Of a stretch of DNA of 64,000 bases, positions 58,054 to 64,000 are shown piece after piece; the first letter of the stretch is position 1, and each line of letters starts with the position of its first letter. The notes under the pieces were generated by a model that did not search any database, had not been told where the DNA came from, and saw only the letters and a program-made list of their open reading frames with translations. A program made the translations under genes and the position numbers. The stretch covers positions 112,357 to 176,356 of the forward strand of contig JADHVF010000002.1 in assembly GCA_016784145.1 (NCBI GenBank). Reading direction: 5' to 3'. Origin of the DNA: Patescibacteria group bacterium (GTDB taxonomy: Bacteria > Patescibacteriota > Patescibacteriia > UBA2591 > UBA6264).

Positions 58054-59172
58054 TTATTTTAATAATTTTTTATATACTTTTAATAATTTTTTGCTTTCTT
58101 TCTCCCAATTATATCTTTTTAAAATAGCTTTTTGTCCATTTTCTCTCATTTGTTTTGCTTGTTCTGGATGTTTTATGAAATGTTCAATTGTCTCAGCAAT
58201 TTTTTTAGGTTTTTTTGGATCAACACAAAACCCACAATCATTTTTTTCTATAATTTCTTTCCATAAGGGAAAATCAGATGCAATTATTGGCAATTTATTT
58301 ATCATATATTCAAAAATTTTATTTGGGATTGCATTAATGTGATTTGGTTCAGGGAGAAAACAGATAAGACCTATATTAGCATTATTCATGTGTTGATATG
58401 CTTTTTTTTGAGGTAAGAACCCTAAGAAGTTGATACTATTCCATTCTGCCATACTCTTAATCTCTTCTTCAAACTTTTTTTCAGAAAATTTACCAATTAA
58501 TGTTAATTTTACATTATATTTAGAATTAATATACTTTAAAGATTTAATAATTTTTTTAATTCCTCTTTCTTTTGACAAACCACCAACATAAATCAATTCA
58601 ATATATTTTTTTGAGTTTGCTTCTTTTTTCTTTTCTTCTTTTGGAAATAAAGAAAGAATAGGATAATTTTTAATATCAATTACATTATTTTGTTTAAAAT
58701 TACTTTTAATATTTGGTGTAGCAGTGATAATATAATCTAATTTTTTAGATACCCATTTTTCAAATAAATTAAATAAATTAGAAATTATTTTTCTAAATAT
58801 TTTAGGAATCCAATGTTTAGATAAAATTTGTTTAGTAACATCTTCATGAACATCGTAAATTATTTTTGCTTCTGTTTTCTTTTTTAGTTTTAGCATCCAT
58901 GGCAATAATTCTGGATCATGAAAATGATATATATCTGCTTTTTGTTTTAAGGCTTTTCTATAGGTTAAATAATCTAGTTTTAAAAATCTTTTAATTCTGT
59001 TTCTAGATTTTGGAATAGCAATTATTTTTATTTTATCTATTGTTTCATTTTTATTATGCTGGGCGATTAAAGTAACATTGTAACCTGAATTAACTAATGT
59101 TTTAGTTTGTTTATAAAAAATTCTTGTATCAAGCAAAGGATGAACAGACGTAAGAATGCAAATTTTATTCAT
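58054..59172 (-). CDS. GT-B fold glycosyltransferase, family 4
   Basis: C-terminal EX7E-type motif region (E..NHINAIPNKIFEYM...LPIIASD). Confidence 0.8.
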   Translation of the reverse strand: MNKICILTSVHPLLDTRIFYKQTKTLVNSGYNVTLIAQHNKNETIDKIKIIAIPKSRNRIKRFLKLDYLTYRKALKQKADIYHFHDPELLPWMLKLKKKTEAKIIYDVHEDVTKQILSKHWIPKIFRKIISNLFNLFEKWVSKKLDYIITATPNIKSNFKQNNVIDIKNYPILSLFPKEEKKKEANSKKYIELIYVGGLSKERGIKKIIKSLKYINSKYNVKLTLIGKFSEKKFEEEIKSMAEWNSINFLGFLPQKKAYQHMNNANIGLICFLPEPNHINAIPNKIFEYMINKLPIIASDFPLWKEIIEKNDCGFCVDPKKPKKIAETIEHFIKHPEQAKQMRENGQKAILKRYNWEKESKKLLKVYKKLLK

Positions 59173-60445
59173 ATTTTCTATTTAAGTTTTCTTTTGGTAA
59201 TAAATATAATAATAATAAAGCGAGTAAAAGGCCGTGCGTGATAAAGGCAGTAAGCAAAGCTGTTCCTCGGATGGATAATATAAATGTTGCCAGAACTGCC
59301 ATTACTACTTTAATATTTTTTTTATAAGAAATATTGTCTATTAATTTTAGGATAAATGATAATATTATAGCCCATAACAGCATGCCTAAAAATCCAAAAT
59401 TTATGTATCCATCGCTAATAATTCCATTATTGGGATTACCTGCTGGGTTGCTTAAGTAGTTTTTTGCTATAAGTTTCGAGGGAGATAATTCATATGGATA
59501 ATTTATGAAATTTTGAAAAAAGTGATGCTGAGAAAGATATGTATATGGATTTTCTGAAAAAAAATCATAGTAAAAAAATGATAATTGTGCTGGCACTAGT
59601 AAACTTCGTCGTATAGCAAAAGAAGGGGGTAAGAGGTCATTTGTTGTGTAATAAATTAGTACACTTAACAATATTAATCCGATCAAGCTAATTGTTATTC
59701 TTGAATAAAAGTTTTTTTTATTTAAAGCCCAAATTAATACTAATATAAATGGTAATATGAATAAATATAATTTATTTCCTGTTCCAGAAAATAACAATAT
59801 TTGAAGCAATGTGGTTAATATAAGTAATCCCCATTTTTTTTTAATTAAAAATATTGTAAAAAATAAAGGTCCTATAATTTTTGCAAACCAATTTAATGTA
59901 TAATTAGCAAGTAAGACATGTAGATTAGCATAGCTAGAGCGTATTTCATATACATTTCTGATATTAAAATTTATTTGGAATCCTAAGTATTTATAAATAA
60001 AAATAAAAGATAAAGTTGAAATAATGATAAATATTGTCCATATAATAGCTTTAGATTGTTTTATTTTTTTAATATTTAATTTAAGAGGGATAGCTTGTAT
60101 TATCAAAGAAATTATTATCCAGAAAAAAGTGGAGGCATACATAAAGATTCTTGATTCATCCATTAGGCAGAAAAGAGTAAGCATTGGAATATAAGATATT
60201 AAAAATAGCATCCATAAAATTATATGAGATGGTTTTTTTGTTTTTTTAGGAATGAGAACAAAAACAATGAAAAGTAATAAATATGATTCAATTAATTTAA
60301 AAGAATTAGGTTGAAATACAAACTTAGAGTAAGCCCAAAAAGGAGAAATAATCAAATAATAGGATAGATCTAAAATAACTCTATAAATAATTATAAGAGT
60401 AAATATTTTTATTTTGTTTTTTTTAATTACTAATGCTTTTAGCAT
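59165..60445 (-). CDS. O-antigen polymerase/ligase-like polytopic membrane protein (Wzy-like)
   Basis: More than ten TM helices, a large loop near the C-terminal third, and a neighbouring wzx and GTs. No enzymatic motifs can be assigned. Confidence 0.5.
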   Translation of the reverse strand: MLKALVIKKNKIKIFTLIIIYRVILDLSYYLIISPFWAYSKFVFQPNSFKLIESYLLLFIVFVLIPKKTKKPSHIILWMLFLISYIPMLTLFCLMDESRIFMYASTFFWIIISLIIQAIPLKLNIKKIKQSKAIIWTIFIIISTLSFIFIYKYLGFQINFNIRNVYEIRSSYANLHVLLANYTLNWFAKIIGPLFFTIFLIKKKWGLLILTTLLQILLFSGTGNKLYLFILPFILVLIWALNKKNFYSRITISLIGLILLSVLIYYTTNDLLPPSFAIRRSLLVPAQLSFFYYDFFSENPYTYLSQHHFFQNFINYPYELSPSKLIAKNYLSNPAGNPNNGIISDGYINFGFLGMLLWAIILSFILKLIDNISYKKNIKVVMAVLATFILSIRGTALLTAFITHGLLLALLLLYLLPKENLNRKYE

Positions 60446-61811
60446 CTTTATTTATTTTATTTATTGGAATAACCAAATATTTTTCTTTTGAGATTAATTT
60501 ATAAAAATTTTCAAAGAGTCTTTTCCATTTAGGCGTGAATAATTCAGTCATATAACAATTATGCCAAAGAAAAACAAAAATACCGTTATAATTTTTAGTC
60601 TGATTCAATAATTTAATTATTTCTTTAAAAGCCTCAGAATAAGATAATTTTTTATTGTCTAGAGTTCCATCCATAACAATTAATGGAATTTCCCAAATAT
60701 TTATAACTTTTTTTTTCAAAATATTGAAAGGCTTAAATGGATAACATACTCCACATCTGAATCCATTAAAATTTGCATAACATAATGTTGTGTCATATTT
60801 TAAGTCTGCATTTTCCCATGTTTCCCAACTTTTTGGTCCAGCCCATTTTAGATAATGTTGTCTGCCGCTAGTAATTTTTTTGTTGATAATTTTTTCAAAT
60901 TCTATTTTTTCTTTCTTTATAATTTTTGGATTATTATAGGCCCTGAATCCTGTCTGAATTCCTATTTCAAATTTTTCTTTTTTTAATTTTGCAATTATTT
61001 TTTTTAAAATAGGATTTGATAATAAATATCTTTTATTATCAGTCATAAAATAAAAAGATGATTTAAATTTGTATTTTTTTTCTAAATTGATTATATAATT
61101 TAGAAAAATATCATGGTATGGATCGTTTTTTAGTTTTATTTTTACTTTAATATAATCAAACAAAATTTTTATTAATTTTTTAAAAGCCAATTTTTTAATT
61201 GTTTTTTTAATGGCAATTAGTGGTGGATACCATTTATATCTATCAATTTCATCAACATCATGAGTTAGACAAATAGTAAATTTTCTTTTCTTTCTTGTTT
61301 GTTTTATTTTTAAAAATTTTAACATATTCCAGAGCATTTCTGTATATTCATTTGTTATTGGTCTATGCAAAAATTTTTGTTTATAGGCTAGTGATTCTGT
61401 TGGTATAAATCTGTTATATTTATCTCGTTTTTTTATAACATATTCTTCCCATCTAGTAAGCATAAAAAAACAAGAAGCAAATATATCTATTTTGCAAATA
61501 ATTTTATTGTCAGATATTTCTAATGCATTGTCTCCATATATAATTGGTAAATTTTTTTTTGAGGCAAATTTATTATTGGATTTTTGAAGAGGTAATTGAG
61601 CTATATTTTGAGTAGATAAGTAATTTTGATTTTTAAAATTAGAAAAAAACGAATCCTTAATGATTAATTCTTTTTTGTTTCCTAAAATAATTTTATAATC
61701 GTTTTGATTGTAAGTTTCAATTTGATATTTTAATCCTAAAAATTCATTAAATAAGGTTGATATAATATATTTTCTTTCTGCCAAAAAATTGTTTGGGATT
61801 TTAATTATCAT
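60423..61811 (-). CDS. Hypothetical protein; the C-terminal half is possibly a divergent polysaccharide deacetylase/carbohydrate-esterase-like domain
   Basis: Weak NodB-like signatures (LTHDVDEID, GRQHYLKW, VFLWHN). Low confidence. Confidence 0.3.
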   Translation of the reverse strand: MIIKIPNNFLAERKYIISTLFNEFLGLKYQIETYNQNDYKIILGNKKELIIKDSFFSNFKNQNYLSTQNIAQLPLQKSNNKFASKKNLPIIYGDNALEISDNKIICKIDIFASCFFMLTRWEEYVIKKRDKYNRFIPTESLAYKQKFLHRPITNEYTEMLWNMLKFLKIKQTRKKRKFTICLTHDVDEIDRYKWYPPLIAIKKTIKKLAFKKLIKILFDYIKVKIKLKNDPYHDIFLNYIINLEKKYKFKSSFYFMTDNKRYLLSNPILKKIIAKLKKEKFEIGIQTGFRAYNNPKIIKKEKIEFEKIINKKITSGRQHYLKWAGPKSWETWENADLKYDTTLCYANFNGFRCGVCYPFKPFNILKKKVINIWEIPLIVMDGTLDNKKLSYSEAFKEIIKLLNQTKNYNGIFVFLWHNCYMTELFTPKWKRLFENFYKLISKEKYLVIPINKINKDAKSISN

Positions 61812-61822
61812 TATAGTATTAT

Positions 61823-62734
61823 TTATTTTTTAATTTTATATATGATCATGGATATTATTTGTTTTAAGGAATTATTTTTTATTTTATTCATTATATTATA
61901 AAAATTTACCATAATATAGTTTCCTTTAGAAAATGTCCATTTTAATCTACAGCTTTTGCATCCAGGGTTATAGCAAAGAATAAACTCAGGAGTTTTTAAA
62001 AGTTTGGTTATTTCTATCTTTAAAGTTTTTTTCATACTAGTTGTTTTTGCATAAGCATCTCCTAATTTTCCTTCAGATAAAATTGCATTAAAATTTTTAT
62101 ATAATGGCAAAAACTTTCTAAAACCAGAAACACATGCTTCTGGCCAATTAATTTTAAAAAGTTTAATATCACCATTTTTATTAATATAATTTATTCCTAA
62201 ATTGCGTTGTTTTTTTTGTTTTAACCCGGCTAATTTTATTGCTACATGAGTTGTCCCAACCCCGACTATCTTGTTATCTTTTCCTATATTTAAATTTTTT
62301 GCATTTTTATTTGACATTATCCGTAATGGATTATAAGCAAAATTATTTGCTGTATGATTTTGCATCAAGTTCTTGGCATCATGCCCTATTGCTACAAATT
62401 TTTGAATTGGGTGATGACTACGAAACATTTTTGGATGATTTACCATTGTATTAACAAATATTCCAGCATATGAATGTGTTTTATTGTTGCTAATTTTCTT
62501 CCAATTTTTCTTTGAAAGAGGGAGTTTATAGCAAGAAACAAAAGCTTCAGAGACAATGGTGCCCGTTTCTCCAATTATATCAAGAAGCGCTTCAATCAAC
62601 GTATTGGCCCCTCCTTTAATTGGTCCAATTGATTTCATTGAAACTTTCAGGTTAACTAGATCTCCCTTTTTGAGTCCTAAATTATATAGATCTTTTATTA
62701 TTGTTTCCTTGTTATGTTTATGTTTTTGTTTCAT
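61823..62734 (-). CDS. AAC(3)-family (aminoglycoside 3-N-acetyltransferase-like) acyl-CoA N-acyltransferase
   Basis: The N-terminus LYNLGLKKGDLVNLKVSMKSIGPIKGGANTLIEALLDIIGETGT matches the Antibiotic_NAT (PF02522) signature. Confidence 0.7.
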   Translation of the reverse strand: MKQKHKHNKETIIKDLYNLGLKKGDLVNLKVSMKSIGPIKGGANTLIEALLDIIGETGTIVSEAFVSCYKLPLSKKNWKKISNNKTHSYAGIFVNTMVNHPKMFRSHHPIQKFVAIGHDAKNLMQNHTANNFAYNPLRIMSNKNAKNLNIGKDNKIVGVGTTHVAIKLAGLKQKKQRNLGINYINKNGDIKLFKINWPEACVSGFRKFLPLYKNFNAILSEGKLGDAYAKTTSMKKTLKIEITKLLKTPEFILCYNPGCKSCRLKWTFSKGNYIMVNFYNIMNKIKNNSLKQIISMIIYKIKK

Positions 62735-63644
62735 TATTTTTTCTATAATTTTGAAAAGAAATTATTGCTTTGTGCTTGTTAATTGTTTTCTTTGCTTTTT
62801 CAATTGTTGGTGGAGAAATAAAAATATTATTATATACTGCTATGCCTCTATTTGTTTTTATTGCTCTGTTGTGTAATTTAATAATTTCTTGAGCTTCTGT
62901 TATTTCTTTTTTTGAAGGAGTATATAGTTTTTCTACTATTGGAATTTCGCGAGGAGACATGACTAACATGCCTTCGAATCCTACTTGTTTTGCTTGTTTA
63001 ATATGTTCTTTTAGGCCTTCAAAATTACCTATATCAACATAAGGTGTATCAATTGCTGATATTTTTGCTGCTTTGGCAGCCATAGAAATCATGTGTCTTG
63101 GGACTAATATTGATGTTCCGATAGAATTATGTTCACCTTCTGTTTCTTGCAAAAAATCTTCACTCCCAAAAAGGAGTCCTTTTATTCTGGGTGACGAAAA
63201 AGCTATGTTATAAACATCAAGGACAGCTTCAGGAGTCTCAATAAGCGCTATAATATTAAAGTATCCTATAGGCAGTTTTAACTCTTTTTCTTTGGTGGCC
63301 AATTTTTCACTGAATAATTTAATGCATTTTGTATTATAGATTTTTGGGAATACAAATCCAGTAAGATTTTTAGATGCTATAGCATTTATGTCTTTTGACA
63401 AAAAGCCACTTTCTATTGAATTGACCCTAACATAAATTGGCCGATTATCTACAATATTAGATTCTAGGACTTTTTTGATCATTTTCCTTGCTTTGCTTTT
63501 ACTGTTTTTAGGAGTTGCATCTTCAAGGTCCAGAACCACTACATCTGCATTAGTAGAAAATGCTTTTTTAATGTATTTTTCATTATGCCCAGCACTGAAT
63601 AAAAGGGTTCTTATTATTAATTTTTTTGAATATTTTTTTTTCAT
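62718..63644 (-). CDS. HpcH/HpaI aldolase / citrate lyase beta subunit (CitE)-like (acyl-CoA lyase family)
   Basis: IRTLLFSAGHNEKYIKKAFSTNADVVVLDLEDA matches the CitE N-terminal motif (R..L.VPG........KA....AD.V..DLEDA); about 300 aa TIM barrel. Confidence 0.7.
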   Translation of the reverse strand: MKKKYSKKLIIRTLLFSAGHNEKYIKKAFSTNADVVVLDLEDATPKNSKSKARKMIKKVLESNIVDNRPIYVRVNSIESGFLSKDINAIASKNLTGFVFPKIYNTKCIKLFSEKLATKEKELKLPIGYFNIIALIETPEAVLDVYNIAFSSPRIKGLLFGSEDFLQETEGEHNSIGTSILVPRHMISMAAKAAKISAIDTPYVDIGNFEGLKEHIKQAKQVGFEGMLVMSPREIPIVEKLYTPSKKEITEAQEIIKLHNRAIKTNRGIAVYNNIFISPPTIEKAKKTINKHKAIISFQNYRKNNETKT

Positions 63645-63650
63645 AATTTT

Positions 63651-63995
63651 TTATTTATTTTTTTTAGAAATCAATATTGTTCTTTCAAATGTTAGTACTT
63701 CTTTATTTTTTTGATTATATGCTGATGTTTTAATATGTATAATCCCTCTGTCATTCTTGCTTTTTGACTTTCTTTTTTTTAGCACAGTTGACTTTGCTTT
63801 TATTGTGTCATTAATAAATACAGGATGTTTATGTATTATTTTGTCATAGCTTAAATTAGCAATAGCTTTACCACTTATATCCCTTACAGACAATCCAACA
63901 GTTAAGGAGAAAATCAGTGTTCCGATAACAAGAATTTGTTTATGTTGTGATAATTTTGCGTATTCAATATCAAGATGTATTGGATGATGATTCAT
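63651..63995 (-). CDS. MaoC-like (R)-specific enoyl-CoA hydratase / hotdog-fold dehydratase (possibly N-terminally truncated by the window edge)
   Basis: NHHPIHLDIEYAKLSQHKQILVIG.L matches the MaoC-dehydratase motif (N..HLD..YA..S.FG..IAHG). Confidence 0.6.
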   Translation of the reverse strand: MNHHPIHLDIEYAKLSQHKQILVIGTLIFSLTVGLSVRDISGKAIANLSYDKIIHKHPVFINDTIKAKSTVLKKRKSKSKNDRGIIHIKTSAYNQKNKEVLTFERTILISKKNK

Positions 63996-64000
63996 TGTTA

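Noticed and set aside
42991-63714. Plus-strand ORFs of 60-125 aa inside the minus-strand glycan operon (42991..43314, 43366..43632, 43713..44051, 44551..44928, 45160..45357, 45269..45466, 45394..45609, 46360..46569, 47281..47490, 49515..49700, 49981..50169, 51969..52181, 52425..52634, 55587..55919, 56951..57322, 58091..58342, 62239..62454, 62556..62876, 63475..63714).
   Set aside because: Each is antisense to a well-supported enzyme gene, and they are hydrophobic low-complexity translations. The operon is densely packed on the minus strand and leaves no room for them.

Overview
The window is AT-rich (about 30% GC) bacterial chromosome with almost no intergenic space. Gene content and order point to a small-genome Candidate Phyla Radiation / Patescibacteria-type organism. 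Ribosomal protein L30 is missing between rpsE and rplO, and adk and infA are missing around secY-map. S14 is the zinc (C+) form and bL24 carries a zinc ribbon. L23, L22 and S10 have long extensions, and AlaRS, RpoB and RpoC are compact. The + strand (1-39340) is housekeeping, in this order: cvpA-like, htrA, prfB with the classic programmed +1 frameshift, glmS, cobO-like, a split comEC, tuf, the S10-spc ribosomal protein operon through secY-map, ruvX, a WecA/TagO-like transferase, an orphan VirD4/TrwB-like ATPase, alaS, scpAB, murE, rpoBC, ftsK, a rodZ-like gene, recA. From 39617 to the window end the - strand carries one tightly packed surface-glycan locus of about 24 kb and 23 genes. It has Wzz/Wzx/Wzy-type assembly genes, CapD/DegT/epimerase sugar-tailoring enzymes, GT2, GT4 and GT-C glycosyltransferases, an ArnC/GtrB-like lipid-sugar synthase, and an AsnB-like amidotransferase. 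Several of its components are unusual for a glycan locus. These are a TPP-dependent E1 alpha/beta pair, a methyltransferase-aminotransferase-methyltransferase cassette with paralogous methyltransferases, and a terminal AAC(3)-like / CitE-like / MaoC-like trio. Other features that stand out are a Cys4 insertion in EF-Tu, a 20-unit heptanucleotide tandem array that runs from the ftsK stop codon to the start of the rodZ-like gene, and a terminator-like hairpin in an unusual 190-bp spacer between rpsJ and rplC. No rRNA, tRNA, CRISPR array or transposase was found.
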